In this document: one piece after another, positions 40,101 through 52,539 of the stretch
How the letters are laid out: each line of letters begins with the position of its first letter
Position numbering within the stretch: the first letter of the stretch is position 1
Origin: Eledone cirrhosa
Taxonomy: Eukaryota
Reading direction: 5' to 3'
Length of the DNA stretch: 64,000 bases
NCBI GenBank assembly: GCA_964016885.1
Contig: OZ024742.1
Coordinates: forward strand, 55,552,001 to 55,616,000
The notes under the pieces: generated by a model
The model's database searches: none
Told to the model about the DNA's origin: nothing
The model's input: the letters and a program-made list of their open reading frames with translations, nothing else
Position numbers and translations under genes: made by a program

Positions 40101-40980
40101 AGAGGAGTGATGTCGATAGACTCTACTTGAGGATATCTGAAGGTGGAAGATGTCTTATAAGCATAGATGACTGTGTTCAGACATGGAACCGCTTGAAAAA
40201 AGGAGACCTTAAAAATGCTACAGAAGGAATGCTAATGGCTGCTCAAGAGCAGGCCCTCAAAACGAAGTGGGTGAAACATCATATGTACAAGGAGGAGGCT
40301 AGCCCACTGTGTAGGATCTGTGGAGAGAGAGAGGAGACTGTGGCTCACATTGTTTCCGAGTGTAAACACCTAGCCCAGACTCACTATAAAGGCTGGAGAC
40401 ATGATGTGATGGGCAGGGTGATCCACTGGCACCTATGCTAAGTAAACAATTTACCACATTCTGAGAAGTGGTATGAGCATAAGCCAGAGTCGGTGATAGA
40501 TAACGATCAGGTGAAGGTCCTGTTGAGTTTTAGGATACAGACGGACAAGAAACTGGAACACAATAAACCTGACCTGGTGGTTTTGGACAAGGAAAAAAGA
40601 TCGAGCCTGATTGTGGATGTAGCCTGCCCGTTCGACACGAGAGTGCAAGAGAAGGAGAGGGAGAAAATTAACCGATACCAGGACTTAAAGTGGGAGGTAA
40701 AAAGGATTTGGAACTGCCATGAAGTCAAAGTGGTCCCGATTGTCATAGGCGCACTAGGTACTATCTCAAAGAGTTTCCAAGGATGGTTAAAGAAAATTAG
40801 TGCAGCCCCGCTTTTTGGAACACTTCAAAAGGCCTGCTTACGTGGAACAGTAAGAACCCCCCGATACATCCAGAATATCTGAGGCTGCAGCTAGTGGCTT
40901 GATATTCATTTCAACAAACCTTCCAGTTAAATAACATCAATGACTGAGACTCAAAGAACAATAATAATAATAATAATAAT
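37140..40980 (+). mobile_element. Near full-length R4/Dong-type LINE copy D5 (stops, frameshift, mosaic 3' part)
   Basis: N-terminal RTNWTNE..CY..GYRRRLHNIW, PWWKKRL, NWKSPGPDG, RT and RLE in ORFs 37290, 37998, 39033, 39995 and 40493. The 5' boundary is approximate. Confidence 0.92.
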
Positions 40981-41155
40981 TGTTTCTACTTTAGGCAAAA
41001 GGCCAACAAATTAACCAGTGCATTGCTGGTACTTTATTTTATCGACCCCGTAAGGATGAAAGGCAAAGTCAACCACGGCGGGATTTGAACTCAGATCGTA
41101 AAGGGACGTAACTTTGCTGGAAAGCATGGCGTCCGACCCTCTACCGATACTGCCG
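40981..41155 (-). mobile_element. tRNA-derived SINE inserted in the D5 (AAT)n tail
   Basis: Reverse complement of the SINE family, flanked by (AAT)n on both sides. Confidence 0.92.
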
Positions 41156-41290
41156 ATAATAATAATAATAATAATAAGAAGAAGAATATATATATATATA
41201 ACAAAGAATTGTGGTAAGGAACCAGATGGACCCTAATGCACCAGAGTACTCAATACTTAGAGTAGTAGTGTGGGAAATAGGAAAAAGTAT

Positions 41291-41389
41291 GACCCCGACG
41301 ACAGAGCTCAAGCCGTTTCGACGGCTATTTCTGGACTAAATTAGAATGTTTAGCCTGGTGAATAAATAGCCGAACTTGTCAAGGGGGTA
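41291..41389 (-). ncRNA. Type I hammerhead, family A (within a pLTR-like element starting near 41200)
   Basis: Minus strand: ACCCCC-TTGACAA-stem II CGGCTATTT/AAATAGCCG-GAAAC-GGC..GTC-GTC-GGGGT. Core is partly decayed. Confidence 0.72.
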
Positions 41390-42054
41390 CTTCCTCAAGA
41401 GGATTGGCTAAAAATTGTTGTAAACACAAATAAGTCTATCATGGCATTTGGGTGGTGGTGGTGGGGGGGGGGTGTAGATGTGGCTGAACTTGCCCCTATA
41501 ACAATAGGGGAGTGAGTGGAGCGCTCAAGCGTTGAAAGTGATATGTATACAGCAGATTCTAAGGATAGTGTATGAAGTGGAGGAAGGAGGTTATAGAATA
41601 TGTAAATCGAACGAGAGTAGGAGACAATAAAAGATAATAGAAAGAAATACAAAAATATATAAAATTAGATAGTGAGAAATGAATAAAAAAAATCACAATG
41701 CTATCTTACAATTACAGGTTAATAAGTTGAGAATAGAAAAACTTTTAGAAATTGAGTAGTACGAAGACTGATACAAAATTAAAGGGGTTTAACACGTCTG
41801 TTATAAGTAGTTAGTAAAACGTATTCGGCCAATTCTATCTTAAAATTACAGGGACTACGGATTAATGTTGAAATATATTTCTTTAATGAAATATATACAA
41901 GGAGGATTAATAATTTTTTTAAAAGGTAACATTTGAAGCTCTAGTTAAATTTTAATTAGTTATCTACCTAGCTATGTGTGATTAACACTTTACAAATTAT
42001 CCTCTGTGATTGTTTCATGTGTTTATTTTAAATATATATATGTCAATAAATTTC

Positions 42055-42098
<44 letters not shown>

Positions 42099-42150
42099 GT
42101 GAGGTTTTTTTACAAAATGAAAAAAACGAGGTGTCCTACACGAGTGAGAG

Positions 42151-42414
42151 TATAAGGAAAAAAGATGAAATCTAAAATGCAACTGGAGTCTTTTTTTTTT
42201 TTATATATTTATTTTGTTCCTTTACCGGTTTCGCAGTTCTTGTGCTTTTCAAGAGTAGGATTGAGATCGAGGGTTTGTGGTTTTGAGAAAAATCACAAAC
42301 GCTCCATCTCAATTCTACTTTTGAAAAGCACAAGAACTGCGAAACCGGTAAAGGTATCAAATAAATATATTTAAAAAAAAAGACTCCAGTTGCATTTTCG
42401 ATTTCATCTTTTTT

Positions 42415-42421
<7 letters not shown>
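42151..42421. repeat. ~270-bp near-perfect palindrome with an HHR-like motif in each arm
   Basis: Arms are reverse complements about ~42286; right arm 42316-42356 reads TACTT-TTGAAAA-GCA-CAAGAAC-TGC-GAAAC-CG-GTA-AAGGTA. Confidence 0.9.
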
Positions 42422-42474
<53 letters not shown>

Positions 42475-42587
42475 ATAATAATAAATTTGAAGACTAAAAT
42501 CCAAAGAGGGCTCGATAAGTATAAATATATATTAAGGTTAAATGTGAAAGCAACGATTCTTTGCTTAAACTTTAATCTGTTATTTTA

Positions 42588-42656
<69 letters not shown>

Positions 42657-42664
42657 TATATATA

Positions 42665-42910
42665 CAGAGGAGACTGAGGTTAGCTGGACATGCTCACCGA
42701 CATCCAGAGGTGACATTGCACTCAGTGCTCCTGTGGGAGCCCCTACATGGACACACTGGAAGAGAAAACCAAGGTTAACATATGCTGCTGCCCTAAGGAC
42801 AGACACTGGTCTGTTGGAGACGCAGGACATGGCACCGATAATGAGGGACAGAGACCGCTGGATAGAAGTCGTCCATGGATATCTGGAATTTTACCCACCC
42901 TAGAATAGAA
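42665..42910 (+). mobile_element. RTE-clade LINE 3' fragment
   Basis: Reads RRLRLAGHAHRHPE..LLWEPLHGHTG then, after a frameshift, KPRLTYAAALRTDTGL..MRDRDRW; typical RTE C-terminus. Confidence 0.8.
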
Positions 42911-43698
42911 AATATATATATATATATATATATATATAAGACATTGTTGAGCGTAATAGCTGGAAATATAGAAGAGCACATAATATAAATATAGAGGTGC
43001 GTTGATATAACATATATATATGCGTGTCACTATGTTGATACCTATAGTTTTCTGGTGGTATAGTCAAATATGTGCCTTGAAAACTTGGGTAGCTGCTGTA
43101 TGAACATAAATAAAGAAGAAGAAGAAGAAGAAGAAGATGATGATGATGATGACGCTGCCGTGAATCGAACCAATAATTGTTAATGTAAAACATTACCAAT
43201 GAAACACTTGAGAGAAAACCTACCCTCGTTAAATTATTAATAGCTTTTGTGGATTAGAAGACTACCTAAATATAAAACGACATCAATATTGCAGGAAATG
43301 GAAATTTATTTTAAACCATATAGCTCGTGTTTCTTGTTTTTATTAGCGAAAGACAAATAATTATACAATGTAAATTTAGAGTAAACACAATGAATCGGTC
43401 GATTGTCTTAAAATATTCATGTTTGCGTGTGTGTATATGTGTGCGTGTGTGTGTATGTGTTTGTGTGTGTGTGTGTGCGCGCGCGCGCGTGTGTGTGTCT
43501 GCCTTTTGTTTCACATGTTCATTACTTTAAATTTAATGAAAATGTTGATGTCTATCAATCTCTGAAGAACGTTTGTAATATTGCATTGGATACTGATTAT
43601 TTACCTTCTGTAGATATGTCTCACCTCACATTATCTCTTATGGTTTATATATATATATATAAATATACACGGGTGTGTATGATTGTGTATGAAAAATT

Positions 43699-44040
43699 AT
43701 ATTAATAAAAGGAATTCCAGCTTTGTCTGATTTACTCGTTTAATTACAACCCTTTAAAAGTATAATGATATTATATTGAGAATGAAATAGTATGGTAGAA
43801 TATTAAAAGTTAAGTGTTAATTGAACAAGTACTTTCATGCTTTCGCAATCTTCAGGATCATATTGTGTGGTGACAGTCAAGTTTGCAATTTTCAACTGTG
43901 GAAAATTGCAAACTTGACCATACTATTTCTACCATACTATTTTATTTCTACCATACTATTTCATTTCAATATAATATCATTATAATTTTAAAGGATTGTA
44001 AATAAAACGAGTAAATCAGACAAAGTTGGAATTCCTTTTA

Positions 44041-44047
<7 letters not shown>
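43699..44047. repeat. Inverted-repeat element (~100-bp arms) with an internal hammerhead and an 18-bp hairpin
   Basis: 43699-43800 vs ~43947-44047; minus strand 43827-43859 reads CTGAAGA-TTGC-GAAA-GCAT-GAAA-GTAC-TT; hairpin at 43876-43918. Confidence 0.85.
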
Positions 44048-44130
<83 letters not shown>

Positions 44131-44133
<3 letters not shown>

Positions 44134-44597
44134 TTGCGTGCTATTGTTCTCCACGCTCCACATATGACTTATTATCTTCGTTTTTTCGTTCATTGCCAGA
44201 GAACGTCTCTATGCACCACCTAAGAGAACATTAGTCTACGACCTCTTTTATACCATAAACGTGGTTCTGTCTTTGCGCGTAATTGTTTTTCACCGCTCCT
44301 ATTAATGACGTATTATTCGTTTTTTCCCGTTCTTTGCCAGCGAACGTTTCCACGAACCAAAGTATCGTCTTCCTGTCTTTCTCCTGTTGCAACGTTTTTT
44401 GAAATATCCAGTTCTGCGTTTACAGATTGACTTTGTTAGCTTCAGAAGATCCCGTTAAGGGTGAAAGCAGCGATTCTTTGCTTAAACTTTAATCTGTTAT
44501 TTTAATAAATATTTGCTCTACGGTTCTTATATATTTGATATATATTTTCCTTATCGAGCCCTCTTTGGATTTTAGTCTTCAATTTTATTATTATTAC

Positions 44598-44598
<1 letters not shown>
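44131..44598 (+). mobile_element. Non-coding pLTR-like element between (TA)n tracts; partial copies at 42471-42592 and 51638-51757
   Basis: Shared end CTTATCGAGCCCTCTTTGGATTTTAGTCTTCA; HHR-like CAGAAGA-TCCC-GTTAA-GGGT-GAAA at ~44443-44466. Confidence 0.7.
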
Positions 44599-44670
<72 letters not shown>

Positions 44671-44701
44671 TTGTGTGTGTGTGTACATATATACATACAT
44701 G

Positions 44702-44733
<32 letters not shown>

Positions 44734-44770
44734 AGTATATATATATATATATAGATATATAAACATATAT

Positions 44771-44853
<83 letters not shown>

Positions 44854-44867
44854 TATATATGTATATA

Positions 44868-44946
<79 letters not shown>

Positions 44947-44965
44947 ATATATATACATATATATA
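44598..44965. repeat. Long compound (TA)n/(TG)n microsatellite
   Basis: Seen directly. Confidence 0.95.
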
Positions 44966-45514
44966 TTGTTAACTGCTGTGAAAAATGTCGAAGGAGAACA
45001 AATATTTGTAGACATTTCAATGTATTGAAAATCATTTGTGATTATATAACGACTGAAGTCTGATACTGAAATGACATCTATTTTGTTCTTCATCTATTAT
45101 TGCTAGTTTTAGATGCTTTGGATGGATAGGAGTAAATTTAGTTTGTGTAATTATTAATTAAATCTTAATAAATATTGTAACTATGATAATTTAATAAGCC
45201 AAATGATTCATGTATAAAAATTTTATATGCAAAATTAACAACTACTTTTGTTTGTTTCTCTCAATTATATTCATGTTGACTATCTACAGTTATATGTTAA
45301 TGATTGGTTCCAAAATATTGAAAGGCGTTGCTATGGCAATGCTATTACACAATGTTTTATTTATAGAGAAACTACTGACGTTTCATGTCATAAATATTTA
45401 TGTGTTAACATTTCGTAAAATTTTGGAGTAGATTTAAATAGAATATAGTATGTCACTTTCATGACGATTGATAAATTCATATTCATAGTGAGTTCATTAT
45501 TATAATTGCATATT

Positions 45515-45724
45515 GGCGGTGGAATGGCCGTATCGGTAAAGGGTCAGACACCATGCTTTGAAGCATAGAGTTACGTCCCTTTATGATATGAGTTCAAATA
45601 TCGCCGAGGTTAAATTTGCCTTTCACTTTACGAGGTCGATGATATAAAGTACCAGTCACGCACTGGGGTCGATTTAATCGACTCCTCCAAAATTGCTGTC
45701 CCTGTGCCTATATAAGAAACCATA
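45515..45724 (+). mobile_element. tRNA-derived SINE, longer variant
   Basis: Same head and body, with extra GGTCGATTTAATCGACTCCTCCAA; 16-bp TSD ATTATAATTGCATATT at 45499-45514 and 45725-45740. Confidence 0.9.
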
Positions 45725-47165
45725 ATTATAATTGCATATTTCAATAAATGTATACACAACACAAACAGAACGATCTATTTTTTAATTCATATTCTTTTAA
45801 ATCCAAGCTGAAAATTTATCATACTCGTCATACTAAACAAATCACTAAGGATATGTATGTTTGAAGTAGGATAGCAGGAATCATATCAGAAAATTATTTG
45901 AAATTGTATAGCTATACATTGTAGAAAATACTGATAGCATTGCATATGGAACACAGCCTTATATAAAATAAAATATTCACTCATGTGTCATACAAGCTGA
46001 TTTATTTTGACATGGTTAAATATCAAGTTAATCGATTAGGATTACATTTAGCTTTACGGTTAGCGTTGTATTTAGAGATATGGTTACGGTTACAGTTAGG
46101 GTTAGTAATAATTACTTGTATTTGACGTTTATTCCCCGGTTGTGTTATAACTTATTTGCATTGAATTCTGTGTTGATATGTTCGCATTGTAATACAATAA
46201 ACACATACTATAACTATATTTTACATCCACGTTTAATACATGTGTGTTCTCATGCTTTATTTATAATTCTAATTAATCATTATCTGATCTAATTATATAA
46301 TAAAACGAATTAAACTATTAAAACTTCGGCTGGGAGAAACGACATCAACATAACTAACGCTTATAAAGTAAATTAATATTTTCAACCACAAAGTTTTTTT
46401 TAATTAGTTACATATCAAATATTTTGTAATATCCGCAGTGTGATTATCATGTATCAATTGAAAACAAGATTGAAATTGATTATTGGAAGAATATAAAATC
46501 TCATACAAACATCATAGTTTTTATAATGATTTATTGGTTGTATACAACTGGTATCACGCAATTAATTGACCAGTCATGAATAATTATTAACAAAGGCTAC
46601 ATGTTGGATAAAAACATTATCAAGAATAGTTTCTCAAATATGAATGCTAATCTGTAAAGCCCTATCTGAATAAAACATGAGAACAATTTTCATCGCCATG
46701 AAAGCATAATATGAATAAAAGTTAGTTCTGATGAATTAGTGAATGTATGCATTTTTATGTAGGAATTAAGGGTTTTGCAGGAAAGGGCGCGATTCGTGAA
46801 ATGTATGGCGTAAGTTTGGTCAGCAACATCTGCAGGTTTATACACATTCCTTAGGATGGAGTGATTAGTCACCAACGACATTAAAAGGGCAGATAAAGAA
46901 GTGTGTACAAAAGGATCATGACAACCCAGTGCAAATCCTCCAGTTCATGAAGATCTACATATCGAATGGTGAATTTAAGTGAATCAATGCTAAAATTGGA
47001 AATCATTTCCGTATGCTGATCTGAATTTATGCAGCTTTGTAAGGCGTGACAAAAGAGATACAATTTGCCGCTGTCGAAAACACGAATCGGCTTACTAAAT
47101 AGTGATGGTTTCGAAATTGAGGGGACAACCATCATGCACACCTACACACACGTGCACGCAGACAC

Positions 47166-47196
<31 letters not shown>

Positions 47197-47225
47197 AAAT
47201 CTGGTATACGTATGTGTGTGTGTGT

Positions 47226-47300
<75 letters not shown>

Positions 47301-47303
<3 letters not shown>

Positions 47304-47497
47304 TAATATAGAAACATTTCTATAGGACTACAACTGTTTCATTCATAGGAAATCACCAGGAAGCGCTTCTTGGTGATTTTTCTCGAATGAAACAATTCTA
47401 GTCCTGTAGAAGCTTTTCTATATTAATACATTTATACTCTGCTATCTATTGAGTACCTTACTTACTGTGGTTATCCCCGATTCAACCCGGAATAACA
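47301..47497 (+). mobile_element. pLTR-like fragment with a 128-bp palindrome (47301-47428) and HHR-like core; related copy near 59077-59134
   Basis: The arms and the 59077 copy give a consensus CTGATGA-TTTC-x4-GAAT-GAAAC-AGTT-GTA. Confidence 0.75.
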
Positions 47498-48063
47498 TAT
47501 ATATATATATCATAACTCATGTCTATAGAATCAATCAGATATTAAAATATATACTATTTCTTCTTCTAATCAGCATAATTAACCATATACATAATCAAAT
47601 CTAGCAAGCTTTAAGAATAAATTTTCTAACGGGGAAATCTCCGACAAATAACTGACCGCAGCTAGTTCGCGTTAACTCCGTTCACCATTTATCAAACACT
47701 TCGGCAGCATGCAGAATCCGATCAAATACACCATCAACCGCACGTAATTAGTAGTAAAATTAAACTTAGAAGAAATGCGCACATACCGTAATTATATCTC
47801 TACCATGGTTTCTTCCTAGTTTAGGACATCCAAATAATATGGATATGCTTTGAGTCAGGAATCATCAGGAGACAAACTCAGAAATAGACATTTAATTTCT
47901 CAGACAGACCGCGCCAAATTTAGATTCAAAAAATGGCTAAGATCGCTATGGAGGTGTGTACCAGAGAGAAAGCGTGTGATTGGTCGCTTACGGCGGGTCG
48001 GCATGCTGCTAGAAAGCGCAGCCATATATCGCCAACTTTAATCTCAACCGAAAGGGAGATTAT

Positions 48064-48091
<28 letters not shown>

Positions 48092-48097
<6 letters not shown>

Positions 48098-48497
48098 CTC
48101 CAAATTATTTTGTCGAGCCAAAATTGGCCAACACTGCTACTATAGTTCATAGTAACGGTCCGGCTGATGTCTTCTTAACAAACCACTCTTCACTGATTGA
48201 CCTCGATGTCACGTGATTGATTCTTTTGAATTTGCCACCGAAGCAGTAGGCAGTGATTTTTTCAATGGCTTGGAACTTAGTCCACGCTTTGCTTTTTTCC
48301 ATCCACTGAATTATTTTTGTATAAGTTCCCTGTGTCCACGTATTGCCTAGAAACTTAGCTGAGAATAGACTTCCCTGATGACGAAAGGCTTCTCCGTACG
48401 TTTCTTCGAAAACTATGTTTATTCCCTTTCAGAATCTAATTAGTTGGAGTGAAATTTTAGTAAGTAAGTTAATTTTTATAATTTTCTTATTTTACGC

Positions 48498-48523
<26 letters not shown>
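48092..48523 (+). mobile_element. Diverged copy of the 540-bp HHR-like unit, opposite orientation
   Basis: Reverse-complement similarity to 48543-48962; CCCTGATGAC-GAAAGG..TTC-GAAAAC near 48373-48412. Confidence 0.8.
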
Positions 48524-48542
<19 letters not shown>

Positions 48543-48550
<8 letters not shown>

Positions 48551-49688
48551 CGTAAAATAAGAAAATTTAAAAAATTTTAAATTAACTTACTAAAATTTTC
48601 ACTCCAACTAATTAGTTTCTTTAATGGGATAAAGATAGTTACGCAATGTAACTGTCGAGAATTCATTACGTCATCAGGGAGTCTATTCTCAGCTAAGTCT
48701 CCAGGCAATGCGCGGACACTAGGGACTCATATAAAAAATAATAATAATTCGGTGGATGGAACAGCTAGCGAGAACTGAATTCCAAAGCACTGAAAAAGTT
48801 CACTGTCTCTGGTCAAATCGCAGATTCTAAAGAATCAATCACGTGACACTGTGGCTAGTCGGAAGGAGTGGGGTGGTAAAATGACAAAAGCCTACTACAA
48901 CTACAATAAGTTAGTAGTGGATTTGGCAGGTTTGCTCAACAAATAAATAATTTGGAGATAAATATAGAGAATTAGTATATTTACCAACATATGCGTACAG
49001 ATGTACACTAATGCTAGCAAATACATAAATTATGTCATAGTGCCTAGGTGGTTCAATGCAGGAGGATGCAGAAAAATTATATGAAAGACGTAAAATAAGA
49101 AAATTTTAAAAATTAAAAATTAACTTACTTATTAAAATTTTCACTCCAACTAATTAGTTTCTGTAATGGGATAAAGATAGTTACGCAATCTAACTGTCGA
49201 GAATTCATTACGTCATCAGGGAGTCTATTCTCAGCTAAGTCTCCAGGCAATGCGCGGACACTAGGGACTCATATAAAAATAATAATAATTCGGTGGATGG
49301 AACAGCTAGCGAGGACTGTATTCCAAAGCACTGAAAAAGCTCACTGTCTCTGATCAAATGGCAGATTCTAAAGAATCAATCACGTGACACTGAGGCTAGT
49401 CGGAAGGAGTGGGGTGGTAAAATGACAAAAGCCTACTACCACTACAATAAGTTAGTAGTGGATTTGGCAGGTTTGCTCAACAAATAAATAATTTGGAGAT
49501 AAATATAGAGAATTAGTATATTTACCAACATATGCGTACAGATGTACACTAATGCTAGCAAATACATAAGTTATGTCATAATGCCTAGGTGGTTCAATGC
49601 AGGAGGATGCAGAACAATTATATGAAAGACGTAAAATAAGAAAATTTTAAAAATTAAAAATTAACCTACTTACTAAAATTTTCACTCC

Positions 49689-49692
<4 letters not shown>
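48543..49692 (-). repeat. Tandem repeat, ~540-bp unit x2.1, retrozyme-like
   Basis: Units start at 48543, 49081 and 49622 and are near-identical; each full unit has CCCTGATGAC plus a GTAATG/CATTGC-type stem on the minus strand; (TA)n on both sides. Confidence 0.9.
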
Positions 49693-49729
<37 letters not shown>

Positions 49730-49773
49730 TATATTTTTGAGACAAATTTTAATTATTTGACTTTATTATTATA

Positions 49774-49825
<52 letters not shown>

Positions 49826-51467
49826 TACAGAGAGAGGGAGAGAAAAAAAGAGGGAGAGTGATAATGGGAGATGCTCGCCATGATGTTTTCGTCAGCACAT
49901 TTTAAATAATCGCTAAATTGTATACGAGGATTTTACAAGCTTTCATCTCCTCGGTAACCACATTTGTAACGTGGTATGTTAATTCAACCAATCGTTCTAC
50001 TTAAAAAAAAAAACGGATTTGTCGATGAATTATATGAGGGAAGCACTAATATTGAGAAACCGGAGAGAAATGATAAAACAAAAAAATGAGAAAAAATATA
50101 ATATTATATTGATTGAATGAGAGGAACTTATTCACTCTGTATTTCACAATATTAGTTTAGCAGTAAATAAAGAAAAGACCATTTCCATTATTGCATTCCA
50201 TATATAATAAATTGAATCTTACAGCCTTGTGTTAAAGCATTGACAGTGAAGGAACTTACACAAAAAAACGGGTTCTCTTCACATTCGACAAATATTATAT
50301 TCATATAATTATGAGTCAAAAAGCAAACTGTAGGTGTGAAGAACTTGCTTTCTATACAAAAATTATTTCATGGTAAGATGTACTGGACATGGTTAAACTA
50401 GATTGTAATTCAGTTAACAAAAGAATATGATAGTGAATAAATTTAATTTCATATATTTACTAGAAGAAAAACACCATAATTAGTGGCCTCTATCTAACAC
50501 TTGGTTCTAATGCAATTCAAATATATCAGTCGATCACACGTTAAAGGTTTGTGCTATCTCACTTATATAACATTGCCAAGTTTTATGATAAATAATGCGT
50601 TAATACATACACTATCACCAATTTCCAGCGTTAATCTACATTCTAACTGATAAACGAACAGCAAAAGTCTAAGCTAAAATAAGCCCTCCAAAGAAGTAGT
50701 TATACGGTTGCTTCCGATATAAGTCTGGATGTATCTCCGTCGCTTTTATCGATGTGTTTGATCAATGCAGGACATTGCACGGGAAATTATCGTTCGTATA
50801 CACAGGTATACACGACTCAAAAGGATATAACAAGATACATACATTCATATTTACATAGATACATACATTCAGTTATATATATATAGTTAGTGCAAGTATA
50901 TATATATATCTATATATCTATATTTATCTGTCTATGTATACGTATATACATAGACAGATAGATATAGATAGATAGATGTATACACATACTCTCACACACA
51001 TACACACAAACACACACACACTTCCCCCACTCACATATAGATATAGATATTTGGCAGTAGCACTAAGAAAACGTTATTGAAATAGGGTTGTACGTGAAAG
51101 TAAATACTATATGTTTATATACAATAAATGCTCAAATGTTCTTCATGTACAGTCGATATAGACTCTAGTTTATTTTCATATCAGTACAGGTTTAGTGAAT
51201 AAATAAATCTTGAAACAGCGCACCTGGTATGCTACTGACATCTCTGGGCCGTTTTCAGAGATCAAAGCAGAGAATTATTTGTTTTCGTAGAGAAGAATTC
51301 TTCTGCTTTAATAGCGATGTTCCCATCTCTTTATGAATGTAAACATGTAGTATATGCCTTCGTATAAGCCCTATTATATATAATTAGTGGTAGTACGCGG
51401 TGTTTGCATAGCTATGGCTTCCTAAAACCGTGTTTCATTACAAATACGAAATTTCTATATACATATG

Positions 51468-51522
<55 letters not shown>

Positions 51523-51882
51523 GATATACATACCAACACACACATATATATCCTAGAAACGATCGTAAAATGATGAATGTTTTAAAATAAGGAACTGTTT
51601 CTTTGTTTTTATTCATTATTTTTATTAATTTATATATAGTAATAATAATAAATATGAAGACTAAAATCCGAAGAGGGCTCGATAAGGTTAATATATGTGT
51701 AAAAATATATAAAAACCGTAGACCAAATATTTATTGAAATAACGGATTAAAGTTTATCAATATATGTATAAACATTCCACGTAAGATGATGGTCTTTATA
51801 CATATGCTGGTGGAAGGAGATGGTGGTGATTGGGAAAAGGGAATCCTCTCTTTCTCACTTTCTCTTTCTTTCTCTCCCTATT

Positions 51883-51916
<34 letters not shown>

Positions 51917-52347
51917 GATATATATATAAATATATATATATAAATTATTTATAGGTGAAACATCCTAATTTTTCTGGATACCTGTTGAGAAGCACAGAAC
52001 ATTGTAATAGTTCACTTTTTATACTATCATTGCGAAACTTATTTGGGTTTTGAAATTCAAATTTATCTGCGGAACAGGTTTGGATTTTGAAATTTAAATT
52101 TGTCCAGGTATCACGGCTATTTGCAATATGGGTTTGTTTTTATTGATTTATTATTTTAAATCGAGACAGGCAAACTATATTTTATTTGAATTAGTTTATT
52201 TCATTATAGCTAACTTCGTCTTTTGCAATACAAACACTTTTGTGTTTATCATATATTCATTTATATTAACTTGTATTTCTCGGCTCAGAAATGCTTCTTT
52301 CTTTGAGTTAATTAATTGTAAAAGACTGTTAGAGTTTATAACTCTGA

Positions 52348-52407
<60 letters not shown>

Positions 52408-52539
52408 TATTTGTGTATATGTAAAATGTAAAAGTGATAAAACAGAATTATAATTAAATATTCATTTTTTTCTTTAATCAAAGAAAATATATAGATATTT
52501 ATTTTATATTTGTTACATCAAACAAATTTCAGTTGCATC

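Noticed and set aside
43920-43965. Short tandem TTTCTACCATACTAT repeats as a CRISPR-like array
   Set aside because: Two to three adjacent copies without spacers at an inversion junction, in eukaryotic context.
46690-47141. Possible host exon or mariner remnant
   Set aside because: No sustained frame or clear splice pair; only vague HTH-like words.
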